The position numbers and the translations under genes are program-made. 64,000 bases of DNA from a virus, in the IMG/VR virus record IMGVR_UViG_3300013939_000002, positions 1-64,000 of that record; one strand, given 5' to 3'. Under the pieces are notes generated by a model. The model was not told where the DNA came from and made no database searches. It saw only the letters and a list, made by a program, of their open reading frames with translations. Of this stretch, positions 36,531 through 44,786 are shown piece by piece; within the stretch, counting starts at the first letter, position 1, and each line of letters begins with the position of its first letter.

Positions 36531-36559
36531 ATACTATAGACTTAGTTCTAACAGGTCAA
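36531..36559 (-). promoter_or_regulatory. sigma70-like promoter TTGACC-17-TAGTAT (or 15-nt spacer to TATAGT)
   Basis: Minus strand hexamers at 36559-54 and 36536-31. Confidence 0.5.
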
Positions 36560-36570
36560 GAGCTATTTGC

Positions 36571-37074
36571 TCAATCCTGAAAGAATTGCATTAAGTTTTC
36601 TTGTTCTAAGCTGTCGTGTAACTCTTGTATTTTTCGTAAAACATAGTAGTAATGTGTTGTGAACTCTGAAGCTTTATGCATCAGCTCAAAACTACTTAAA
36701 TCTTTGTACTGTTGCAACGGATCATCTTTAACATAGAAAGACAGATAATCTTTAATATTGGGGATATCCCACAAGAACGCTGGATCTTCAGTCATCCCAA
36801 GATAAGTTTTCTCAGGTGTCATCAAATCTTGATAGTTACTAATTGTTTGTTTCAAGAAACAAAAGATTTCTTGATCTGTTCCTTCAGGTGCCCAAAATTC
36901 AACAGGTTCGTAACAAAAGTCTAACCATTCATCACCATCGAAGTATAAACACTGAATTTGAAATAACTTTAAATCTTCGCGTTTAGTAAAATTATAACGG
37001 TAACTGTATACAAGGTTACGTTTTTCTATTTTGACAGGACTGATTTTATAGGACAAATCACCATATTTAAACAT
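36571..37074 (-). CDS. hypothetical protein
   Basis: Track ORF. Confidence 0.65.
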   Translation of the reverse strand: MFKYGDLSYKISPVKIEKRNLVYSYRYNFTKREDLKLFQIQCLYFDGDEWLDFCYEPVEFWAPEGTDQEIFCFLKQTISNYQDLMTPEKTYLGMTEDPAFLWDIPNIKDYLSFYVKDDPLQQYKDLSSFELMHKASEFTTHYYYVLRKIQELHDSLEQENLMQFFQD

Positions 37075-37086
37075 TTTAAGAATCCC

Positions 37087-37437
37087 TTAGATATTAGCCA
37101 TCAAAGATTTAACAGAACGCTTGACTTGGACATTAACAGCATGTTTGCGTCCTTTGTTGTTCTGGTAAAGTTGGTTTGTGTTATGTTTGGGTTTAACCAA
37201 CTGCCTAAGATCGGAGAAGCTATTAACTTTGACTGTTGTTTTGCTTTTCTTTAGGCTTAATGTTTGTTGTTTCTTAATAACCGGTGTCTTAGCTTGAACA
37301 ACTTCTGAAACCTTTTCTGACAACTCTACAAACCAGCGCTGACCTTTAGGTGCTGTTGTTCCTGCATCGCACACTTTCAGGTTTTCAACTTTTGCGAAAT
37401 CACGAGCTTTCTGGCGAGATTCGAAAAACTTTTTCAT
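37087..37437 (-). CDS. hypothetical basic protein
   Basis: Track ORF. Confidence 0.6.
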   Translation of the reverse strand: MKKFFESRQKARDFAKVENLKVCDAGTTAPKGQRWFVELSEKVSEVVQAKTPVIKKQQTLSLKKSKTTVKVNSFSDLRQLVKPKHNTNQLYQNNKGRKHAVNVQVKRSVKSLMANI

Positions 37438-37534
37438 GCTGTTATCCTTTGTTTATCTGACTTGGTTGAACTTTGTTTTTCTTAAGAAGTGGCTCTATTG
37501 TATAAAGCCACAATTTAAAAATCAACAATTATTT

Positions 37535-37651
37535 TCAAACAATGTTTGTTGACATTAACAAACAGATACCGACAAAAATCAATAAAACTGAAAGATTAGT
37601 TAAACGATTATTGCGGCTAACAAAGTAACGTTTAATGTTTTTGATGTTCAT
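37535..37651 (-). CDS. very small membrane protein (38 aa)
   Basis: ATG 37651 after AGGATGCGTT; C-terminal hydrophobic LSVLLIFVGICLLM. Confidence 0.3.
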   Translation of the reverse strand: MNIKNIKRYFVSRNNRLTNLSVLLIFVGICLLMSTNIV

Positions 37652-37697
37652 AACGCATCCTGTTTTCTAGTTTGTCTGTGTTGTTTCGATGTAGATA

Positions 37698-37725
37698 ACT
37701 ATACTCTATCTAATTTTCTTTGCAA
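37698..37725 (-). promoter_or_regulatory. sigma70-like promoter TTGCAA-16-TATAGT
   Basis: Minus strand hexamers at 37725-20 and 37703-698. Confidence 0.7.
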
Positions 37726-37782
37726 GATATTTTTATATTTATTTTAAAATAATTCGATTATAGTTGTAAGTTGTTGAAAACA

Positions 37783-38718
37783 TTAACTTTTAATTTCAGA
37801 TAATAAATTATAAAAATCAACAGCGGCAAGGTTTTTGTTCTTTGCTTCTATCATAACATCAAAACGATCTAAAAATTGTGCTGTATACTTAACCAACTCT
37901 TTGTCTGTAATGGTATCAGAATGTGCCCAGATATCACGCTTGCTGCCCGTCAAGTCTCTAGCTTGTGACAAGTGTAATTTTGGTCTGGTGCCGTTCCATG
38001 TTTCAATAACTGAATCTAAACGAGAATCATTAACACCTAGATAATAGCCAGTATTACAAAAATAATGATGTAAATCTAAAACACAACGCACATTGTATTG
38101 CTGGCAAGCCTTCAGAACACGGTCTAGATTGCCTGTCTTCTCGTCATTTTCTAAACTTAGGTAACGTTTAAAGTCGGAGATTTCGTTAACGGGTAGTGTA
38201 TCTAGTCGTCCATTAAAATGAATATTAATAACACTGTCTGACGGTTTTCCTAATAATTCTAGGATTTCGTATTGGAAGTGTAATGTTCTGATAGAATTTG
38301 TGACTGTTTGATTAGATTCACTGTTCAAAACGGTATATTGGCTTGGATGCAAGCTAATTCGAATATTGTGTTGTTGAATTGTTTTTCCGATGTTGTCTAA
38401 ATTGTAGGCGATCAACTGCCACAGTTGTGCATCATAAAGCTGCCCAAGGTCTGGATGATCAACCAAAGGCAGTAAGTTAGAACTAATGCGAAACATCCGC
38501 AAATGTTGTGGAAGCCTAGAGACATAAGAGATCTGTAAACTTAATGCACGCAAATTCTGTTTAACTTTTGAAACAAGTTTATCGTACTGTGCACTATCAG
38601 ATAATTTACTGATACCTGAAACTGTAACTGTACCAATTGTGGTATCTGGCAATTGTTTAAAAGTGTCCTTAACAATAGATCCAACTTGACAAGCAAAACC
38701 GATTTTATAATTGTGCAT
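37783..38718 (-). CDS. UV damage endonuclease (UvdE/UvsE-like, TIM barrel)
   Basis: FRISSNLLPLVDHPD, RISLHPSQYTVLNS, SVINIHFNG, LSLENDEKT, LDLHHY, PKLHLSQA and DVMIEAKNKN parallel conserved UvsE blocks. Confidence 0.85.
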   Translation of the reverse strand: MHNYKIGFACQVGSIVKDTFKQLPDTTIGTVTVSGISKLSDSAQYDKLVSKVKQNLRALSLQISYVSRLPQHLRMFRISSNLLPLVDHPDLGQLYDAQLWQLIAYNLDNIGKTIQQHNIRISLHPSQYTVLNSESNQTVTNSIRTLHFQYEILELLGKPSDSVINIHFNGRLDTLPVNEISDFKRYLSLENDEKTGNLDRVLKACQQYNVRCVLDLHHYFCNTGYYLGVNDSRLDSVIETWNGTRPKLHLSQARDLTGSKRDIWAHSDTITDKELVKYTAQFLDRFDVMIEAKNKNLAAVDFYNLLSEIKS

Positions 38719-38741
38719 AAAATTACCAACAAAGATTTATA

Positions 38742-38771
38742 GAATAAAAGAGGCTATATTGTAACAGCCTC
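38742..38771 (-). terminator. rho-independent terminator
   Basis: Minus RNA: GAGGCU-guuacaauau-AGCCUC followed by UUUUAUUC. Confidence 0.7.
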
Positions 38772-38798
38772 AGAATATTATATCAAAATAATTTTTAA

Positions 38799-38966
38799 TT
38801 ACAAGTTTTCATTCTGAACAGAAACAGCTTGCATTTTGTCTGCATCACAAACCAGAACCATAATTTCTGCATCTGGGCCGTTAGCTTTGTAAAATTCATA
38901 CTCCCAAAACAGATCGATCTCTGAATAATCATAGACGCCTTGAACTTTTCCGATTGTCTTAAACAT
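38799..38966 (-). CDS. small hypothetical protein (55 aa)
   Basis: ATG 38966 after AGGAAAACACCTT; below track cutoff. Confidence 0.45.
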   Translation of the reverse strand: MFKTIGKVQGVYDYSEIDLFWEYEFYKANGPDAEIMVLVCDADKMQAVSVQNENL

Positions 38967-39087
38967 AAGGTGTTTTCCTGTTTGATCGAAGTTGTTTGCT
39001 GTTGATGTGTATAAGATTAAGCTTAATTCAATGTAGTGTCAACGGTTATCTATAAAATATTTCTACGATTTTCTTTTAAAATAAAGG

Positions 39088-39118
39088 TTGCACTTATAAT
39101 CTATTGTGATATTATAAT
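39088..39118 (+). promoter_or_regulatory. orphan plus-strand promoter-like element TTGCAC-19-TATAAT inside the minus-strand block
   Basis: TTGCAC 39088-93; TATAAT 39113-18; the 19-nt spacer is suboptimal. Confidence 0.5.
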
Positions 39119-39124
39119 AGACAT

Positions 39125-39588
39125 AAAGGACGGGAGGTGAAAGACTCCGAGACAAACATCAATACTGCCTGTTATTCGGTAAATGATAATAATTCCTATG
39201 CAGGCTATGCCTGTTGAGTCTCCGACTCAATCCACAAGTGGGCATTCTCATTCCACTCTGTAAACGCTTCTCATTCAGGCTAGTTTTAACATTTCATTAA
39301 CACTAAACAGAAATTTCAAGAAAATAGAATCTGAAATTTTAATTTCGTCTCTGGCATAAAGCAAAACCAATTTCCAAAGTTGAAAAAGTAATTTGTTGTA
39401 TGGATCTCAATCGCAGAAAATAAAATTTAGAATTTGAATTTTTAGTTTTTGCTTTGGTTCTTGTCTTTTTGAAAAATAGAAACTGATTTATTAAAAATGT
39501 CTTTTTGCTTTATAGTTTGTAATTATATAGGCAGGAAAAGTATTAGGATAGGCTCTAATTCTTCGTAGAAACGATTCTAAGAGGTTTT
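39125..39588 (+). ncRNA. candidate ~0.47-kb plus-strand noncoding transcript (unclassified)
   Basis: No ORF on either strand; bounded by the promoter-like element and a plus-strand-only intrinsic terminator (39561-39588); 5' part has several hairpins (TTGAGTC-tcc-GACTCAA; alternative GCCTG/CAGGC/GCCTG pairings). Confidence 0.45.
39561..39588 (+). terminator. plus-strand intrinsic terminator (repeat copy R2)
   Basis: CTTCGTAGAA-acga-TTCTAAGAGG followed by TTTT; on the minus strand no U-tract follows. Confidence 0.65.
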
Positions 39589-39677
39589 CTAGCATATAGG
39601 CAAGCAACCCTACAAGGTATGTTGTAAAGTTGCTCAGGATGTATTCTAGGGAGGATTATAATACTCTTTATTAAAGT

Positions 39678-39992
39678 CTAACGACATTTATGAATTTGCC
39701 ATTCAAACATGACTTCTTTTAATGCTTGCTTTGCAATTTCAAACTCTTCTGGGTCTGCAACAATTTGATGTACCTCCCATTCTTTGAGTTGTTCTGCATC
39801 CATTTCTTCTGGGCAGTGTTCTAACATAAGGGCATCAATCTTAGCTTGAAGGTGTTCTTCCTTAGATGAACTTAATACATCCATAATTGTAGATTCTAAA
39901 TAAGACCAAGCACCACGCAAAGCTAAGTCTTCTTTGTTATCTTCGAGAACATCTTTCATGTACTCAGAGACATGTTTCTGAATGTTATTCAT
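39678..39992 (-). CDS. hypothetical acidic protein
   Basis: Track ORF. Confidence 0.6.
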   Translation of the reverse strand: MNNIQKHVSEYMKDVLEDNKEDLALRGAWSYLESTIMDVLSSSKEEHLQAKIDALMLEHCPEEMDAEQLKEWEVHQIVADPEEFEIAKQALKEVMFEWQIHKCR

Positions 39993-40086
39993 ATTTTTAA
40001 AACCTCAAATTTTAATTTCTTGTTTAGTTCCTAGATTAGAACCTAGAATTTTAAAATGTTCTTTGTGTCTTGTAAAGAATTAAATA

Positions 40087-40461
40087 TTACCAAGCATACC
40101 ATTTGATTTCATATAAATTATCTTGCATCTCTTGAATCCAATCTTCCAACTCCTGTAGGTGCCACATGGGTTCAAAAACATAGGCTTGGTAATCATAATC
40201 TGAAGAATTCTCCCACAAATTATCCAACTCTTTTTCCATCTGTTCTTTTCTTGTTCCAAGGTATTTTCCAATAGAAGATAAATTATAATTACTGAAAAGA
40301 TACTTCTTATAACCTTCCAATTTATCTACACAAGCCATAATTTCATGAGTTTTGGTAGTTGAAGTTCGATATAAATCGAACTTCTCTGATTGAATCCCTA
40401 AACAAACACCATCTTTACTATAAATCTCCCGTTCTGCTTTTACATGCAAATTAGTACTCAC
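40087..40461 (-). CDS. hypothetical protein
   Basis: GTG 40461 after AAGGGGGCTTGCC; in frame with track ORF 40087..40488. Confidence 0.55.
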   Translation of the reverse strand: MSTNLHVKAEREIYSKDGVCLGIQSEKFDLYRTSTTKTHEIMACVDKLEGYKKYLFSNYNLSSIGKYLGTRKEQMEKELDNLWENSSDYDYQAYVFEPMWHLQELEDWIQEMQDNLYEIKWYAW

Positions 40462-40472
40462 GGCAAGCCCCC

Positions 40473-40565
40473 TTACAAACCAAGCCAAATTCGTTTACGA
40501 TCTGCGAAGTCACCATCTGCAATCAAATGTTGTTTGATATTGATTTCATATTTCCACTTGTTCAT
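40473..40565 (-). CDS. very small hypothetical protein (30 aa)
   Basis: ATG 40565 after strong AAGGAGATAAGAA. Confidence 0.35.
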   Translation of the reverse strand: MNKWKYEINIKQHLIADGDFADRKRIWLGL

Positions 40566-40585
40566 TTCTTATCTCCTTTATTCTT

Positions 40586-40954
40586 TTAAACAATAAGTTC
40601 AAGATATTCTGATGCAACAGACTCGAACGACTGTCCTTCAAAGACACTCAAATAAGAAGTCCAACGCATTTTAAACATTCCTGCTTCCTTGGCAGTATAG
40701 TACTGTTTCTTTGGTAAATCAACTGTATGAATGTTTGGATAATAACAATCTGTTAACAATATTTCATTGTAACTTGCAAATGGTTCTTGATTGAACCACA
40801 GACAGTATACCTTTTCTTCTTCAACATCGGAAGCATTTTCATCAATTTCTACTTTGGTCAAATATGCAATCATGCCTGACTCTACAAACTCATCTTCAAA
40901 GATAGTTTGTTTAAACTTAACTTTAATCGGGAAATCTTTATCGAACACACGCAT
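40586..40954 (-). CDS. hypothetical protein
   Basis: Track ORF. Confidence 0.65.
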   Translation of the reverse strand: MRVFDKDFPIKVKFKQTIFEDEFVESGMIAYLTKVEIDENASDVEEEKVYCLWFNQEPFASYNEILLTDCYYPNIHTVDLPKKQYYTAKEAGMFKMRWTSYLSVFEGQSFESVASEYLELIV

Positions 40955-40965
40955 TCTGCCTTTCC

Positions 40966-41124
40966 TTATCTAAACACTTCAAGTAAAATTCCAACAACTG
41001 GAATTGATACAACTAAGAAAATACAAATATAACCTAATAAATCAAAATCATTCTGTTCTTCTTGTTTAATTTCTCTTTGCGTTTTACATAAAGGATATCT
41101 TGTAAACTTACTATTGATACTCAT
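40966..41124 (-). CDS. small tail-anchored membrane protein (52 aa)
   Basis: ATG 41124 after AAGGAGAGTT; C-terminal TM ICIFLVVSIPVVGILL. Confidence 0.4.
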   Translation of the reverse strand: MSINSKFTRYPLCKTQREIKQEEQNDFDLLGYICIFLVVSIPVVGILLEVFR

Positions 41125-41132
41125 AACTCTCC

Positions 41133-41480
41133 TTAATTCAGAAAACCAAACCTATTGTTATATTTCTCTACCAAATCTTCTACTTCAACATCGTAATCCA
41201 ACATCTGTGGAAAGTCAAGCTGAGAGTGTCGATGTTTTGCAATTTCTGTTGTTAACTGTTCTGCTGTCTTGTTTTCTAGACAATCAGGGCAACAAACAAA
41301 ACCTGAACCATATAATGTTGGAAGTTTGTTATTAAACTTTTGAATATAATCCGACCACAATCCTTTCCCTGCATTAGCTACAAAATGCTCAATGCAACAC
41401 TCTGGATAACCATGATACCAGCCCCACAAGCGCCATTTTGTTTGTTGGTCTTGTCCTAGAAATGTTTTTACTAATAACAT
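41133..41480 (-). CDS. hypothetical Cys-rich protein
   Basis: Track ORF; GYPECCIEHF and FVCCPDC motifs. Confidence 0.6.
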   Translation of the reverse strand: MLLVKTFLGQDQQTKWRLWGWYHGYPECCIEHFVANAGKGLWSDYIQKFNNKLPTLYGSGFVCCPDCLENKTAEQLTTEIAKHRHSQLDFPQMLDYDVEVEDLVEKYNNRFGFLN

Positions 41481-41483
41481 AGA

Positions 41484-41696
41484 TTAATATCCCTCGTTTT
41501 TCAAAGTATCTTCCCATTCAGCTTTGACGCATTCCATCCCCTCTACAACACCTTCCCAATATGCACGTCGCATACATTCCATGATATTATCTACAAGTTC
41601 AGGGTTAATACGTTTACCTTGGTTATGGTTTAAATCTTGGAGTATATGTAGTTTTAACTGTAAAAACTTGTTAGATTCTTTTGGTGTATTTTTCAT
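41484..41696 (-). CDS. hypothetical protein
   Basis: ATG 41696 after AAGAGGAGAGAAAA; in frame with track ORF 41484..41720. Confidence 0.6.
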   Translation of the reverse strand: MKNTPKESNKFLQLKLHILQDLNHNQGKRINPELVDNIMECMRRAYWEGVVEGMECVKAEWEDTLKNEGY

Positions 41697-41724
41697 TTTT
41701 CTCTCCTCTTTAGTTGACAAACAA

Positions 41725-41753
41725 ACTATAACCTAGTTGATCTTTCTTTGCAA
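41725..41753 (-). promoter_or_regulatory. sigma70-like promoter TTGCAA-17-TATAGT
   Basis: Minus strand hexamers at 41753-48 and 41730-25. Confidence 0.8.
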
Positions 41754-41776
41754 GAATTCTTTTATATTTTCTCAGA

Positions 41777-41808
41777 TAAAATAAAGGCAAAGTCATTAAG
41801 ACTCTGTC
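41777..41808 (-). terminator. rho-independent terminator
   Basis: Minus RNA: GACAGAGUC-uuaau-GACUUUGCC (one mismatch, one G-U) then UUUAUUUUA. Confidence 0.6.
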
Positions 41809-41833
41809 AAACTATTGAAACACGCCTGTTTTA

Positions 41834-42154
41834 TTATTCCTTGGCTTCTAGCTGATCTCGAATATTTTCTAATTGGTCAATCATAGACTGGACACTTTTC
41901 GAGTTTGTAAAATTGAACATGATAACATAATCTTCTGGTTTGAATTGTTTGTTGCTAATATCTACGTTTGAGCCAATATTGTGTTGTTCATCTTTTGTAT
42001 AAGTAACCAATAATGCTGTTGTCTTATATTCGTCTTTTCCATATGTCATTGTTAAATCAACATCAACAAAACCTGTCTTTCCATCACCAACAGTCAACAT
42101 AACAACATCTGTTCCGTTAATCTCAATGGTTGAAATCCCATAATCAATATTCAT
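41834..42154 (-). CDS. hypothetical protein
   Basis: Track ORF. Confidence 0.65.
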   Translation of the reverse strand: MNIDYGISTIEINGTDVVMLTVGDGKTGFVDVDLTMTYGKDEYKTTALLVTYTKDEQHNIGSNVDISNKQFKPEDYVIMFNFTNSKSVQSMIDQLENIRDQLEAKE

Positions 42155-42167
42155 TTAAGTTTTCTCC

Positions 42168-42449
42168 TCAATCTTCTAATATAATTCGCGTTGTTTGCAT
42201 GATATCCCCATTCTGATATAGATTCAACACCAGATATTCTTGCAGTTTTCTATCAACAAACAATTCAAACAGCTTGTCTAAATCCAACTGTGTTTCTAAT
42301 GTTAAACACTCTAACAAACTAGCAAAACCAGTGACATATTCTATTGAATAAGGTTCTGTTTTGTTTTCAAAAGAGTATTCAACCCTGAACTTAGACTCTA
42401 TTGCAAAAATGTGTTGTTCCATTGAATATGTCTTGGATTGCTTTTGCAT
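42168..42449 (-). CDS. hypothetical protein
   Basis: Track ORF. Confidence 0.6.
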   Translation of the reverse strand: MQKQSKTYSMEQHIFAIESKFRVEYSFENKTEPYSIEYVTGFASLLECLTLETQLDLDKLFELFVDRKLQEYLVLNLYQNGDIMQTTRIILED

Positions 42450-42484
42450 CTATCTATCTTCCTGTATCCTGATTTGATAAGGAC

Positions 42485-42513
42485 AGAATAGCAACACTAC
42501 AAACAGATGTCAA
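42485..42513 (-). promoter_or_regulatory. sigma70-like promoter TTGACA-17-TATTCT
   Basis: Minus strand hexamers at 42513-08 and 42490-85. Confidence 0.5.
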
Positions 42514-42516
42514 GGG

Positions 42517-43569
42517 TTATTTATTCCAACATAAATCTTGAACTTCCATCAACACTTTAGCAGCTAGATTAACATCTACGCTTTTTGGCAGATGAGATTG
42601 TTTGTATAGAGTCTCACGGATTAATTTGTCCTTTTGTTCTGCAAAATCAAGGATGTCTTCATAAGACCATAGTCCGTTTCGGATATCCAGCAACTCCTGA
42701 GCATCAGGTCGTTTAACATTAACAACCCCATCTCGGAGGATTTCTTCTCCCATCCGGCACAAACGAACCACGTGCATTGCGTGTTTTGTATCAAACCCGT
42801 ACTTCTCTTCTAGTTCACTTCTTGTTTCGTTTCGGTTTGTTTTCCAAGTCCAATAGTTTTTGTGTGTTTCCTTGGCTACTTTATATTCTTCTTCACATAA
42901 CTTTACAATCATCAACGGATTTTGTTTCTTTTGGTCATCTGTGAAAGATTCATAATCAAACTTCTTAATTGAACCATCAGCATTGCAAGTATTACTTCCT
43001 TTGGAATAAATTAATCCAAAAATATCATTTCCATAAGGAATCAAAAGATAATCTTTGTTATAGTAACGTAAGTTAAAATCTTTTGCTCTGATATTCTCCG
43101 GCATAAAATTATACTGAAGCTTAACAAAATCAACACGAACAGGAGATTGCTCTGGTTGAGGATTATTGATCCACTTGTTGTGTCCTTTAATTCGCTTCAT
43201 TTGTTGCAAAGCATAGCCTGTAAAAGTAAAAGCTACTTTCTTTGATAACAATTTAGGTGCATAATAATGCAATGCTTTATAGGCTTCAGTTGTTTCTAAG
43301 ATGTCTTGATTGTCTACCCACAACAATTCTAAAATGTTAGGGTTCATATCACAATACAATTTCATAAAGTTTGTTAACTCATACATCTTACCGTCTTCTT
43401 GATCTTCCAGATTAACTTCTCGTACTGGAAAGAATGGTGTACGAATATTACGTTCTTCTGTACAGAAAATACCACGCACATCAACGTCACTCAAGGGCGT
43501 GTTTGTACCATAGGCATGAGATCCACCTAAACAAACAACAATCTTATTGTCAATATCTTTCATTTCCAT
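42517..43569 (-). CDS. Pol-beta-fold nucleotidyltransferase (RlaP / RNA-repair-associated type)
   Basis: CLGGSHAYGTNTPLSDVDVRGIF fits GSxxYG..SDxDxxG of the RlaP-type NTase family; start overlaps the stop of the CCA enzyme gene. Confidence 0.65.
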   Translation of the reverse strand: MEMKDIDNKIVVCLGGSHAYGTNTPLSDVDVRGIFCTEERNIRTPFFPVREVNLEDQEDGKMYELTNFMKLYCDMNPNILELLWVDNQDILETTEAYKALHYYAPKLLSKKVAFTFTGYALQQMKRIKGHNKWINNPQPEQSPVRVDFVKLQYNFMPENIRAKDFNLRYYNKDYLLIPYGNDIFGLIYSKGSNTCNADGSIKKFDYESFTDDQKKQNPLMIVKLCEEEYKVAKETHKNYWTWKTNRNETRSELEEKYGFDTKHAMHVVRLCRMGEEILRDGVVNVKRPDAQELLDIRNGLWSYEDILDFAEQKDKLIRETLYKQSHLPKSVDVNLAAKVLMEVQDLCWNK

Positions 43570-44777
43570 TTATTCTTTACTCCTCTGATTGCATCAATTT
43601 TGGCAACACGGATTGCTTCACCAATATCTTTTCCTGATTTTCCTTTAGCTAACATAGTAGCAGAAATAATCTTTGTGTCAACAGACTTAACAGCATCTAA
43701 GCACTCAATTAGAAACTGTTTTTGTGTATAAGGAATTTCTGAGAGATAATCACCACGCCCTTTTGCATCTGATTCACAAACATCTAAGAATTTGTAAAAT
43801 CTATCTGTTTTTGTTTCAGCTTTAACATTTTCAAATAATTTATAAATTGATTTTGGTTTCATGTTAAAAGCCATATGAACATGGGTATGGTACTTACAAC
43901 AAATCAAACCTAACTCTTTGAATTTATTTGGAATCTTGAAAGTCTTGCAGAAATCTTCTACAAACTTGACACCTTCTTCTTCGTGTCCGTGCAGATTTTT
44001 AAAATTATTGTAACAATATGCTTTCCCAAAATCATGAACTAAAGCACCAAAGACAACTCCAACATCCCTATAGGCATTTGCAGCATGGTCAACACACATC
44101 ATAATATGAGTCCAAACACAACCTTCTGGATGATGTTGGATTGGTTGTGGAATATTAAATTGGCTGTCTAATGTTTCAAAAATACCAAACTGTTTTAGAA
44201 ATTCAAAATAATTTGAAGGTTTGTTTTCAGATAATCCTTTTTCTGTTTCTAACCAGATCCTTTCTTTAGGTAGATATTGAATCTCATCTTTAACTTTGTG
44301 GCATAAATCTACCAATTCTTCGGATGCCTTGAAATCTGGATACCTAGCTAAAAATCTTGCTGCCCTTAACACACGCAAAGGGTCTTCACAAAAAGAATTT
44401 GTTGTAGGTCTTAGTGTTTTATTTTTAATATCATCGGCACCGTTAAAAGGATCAACAATTTCGTCTGTTTCTAAACACATGGCTATTGCATTGATTGTTA
44501 AATCTCTTCGTGCTAAATCTTCTTCTAATGTGACATCTTTCCCGAAATAACAATCGAAACCTTGGTATCCAACGCCACTTTTCTTTTCAGTCCTAGCCAA
44601 AGCATATTCTTCTTTTGATTCTGGATGCAAAAAGACTGGAAAACTGGAACCTACTTGTTTAAAACCAAGAGCAATCATATCTTGTGGTTCAGCACCTACA
44701 ACAACATAATCTCGGTCTTTTGGTTCTTTGTTCATCAGTTTATCTCGAACAGCACCACCTACTAAATAAACTTTCAA
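43560..44777 (-). CDS. cca: tRNA nucleotidyltransferase (CCA-adding enzyme) with HD domain
   Basis: MKVYLVGGAVRDKL..DRDYVVVG..FPVFLHP..EEYALARTEKKSG..RRDLTINA near-collinear with E. coli Cca; HD motif ALVHDFGK. Confidence 0.95.
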   Translation of the reverse strand: MKVYLVGGAVRDKLMNKEPKDRDYVVVGAEPQDMIALGFKQVGSSFPVFLHPESKEEYALARTEKKSGVGYQGFDCYFGKDVTLEEDLARRDLTINAIAMCLETDEIVDPFNGADDIKNKTLRPTTNSFCEDPLRVLRAARFLARYPDFKASEELVDLCHKVKDEIQYLPKERIWLETEKGLSENKPSNYFEFLKQFGIFETLDSQFNIPQPIQHHPEGCVWTHIMMCVDHAANAYRDVGVVFGALVHDFGKAYCYNNFKNLHGHEEEGVKFVEDFCKTFKIPNKFKELGLICCKYHTHVHMAFNMKPKSIYKLFENVKAETKTDRFYKFLDVCESDAKGRGDYLSEIPYTQKQFLIECLDAVKSVDTKIISATMLAKGKSGKDIGEAIRVAKIDAIRGVKNKWK

Positions 44778-44786
44778 AATATTCTC

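Noticed and set aside
39037-39046. Minus-strand promoter TTGACA-17-TAATCT upstream of the small ORF 38799..38966
   Set aside because: The -10 hexamer matches consensus at only 3 of 6 positions. Too weak to list as a feature.
39300-39540. Possible CRISPR-like or mini-array repeats in the AT-rich part of the 39-kb gap
   Set aside because: Only two loose ~30-nt direct repeats ~150 nt apart. No regular repeat-spacer periodicity and no cas genes.
39574-39620. The conserved R2/R3 module as a phage-specific promoter for the polymerase-like protein
   Set aside because: Only two strong copies are visible, and R2 would drive antisense transcription. No transcription-start logic can be verified from sequence alone. 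Kept only as a speculative alternative.
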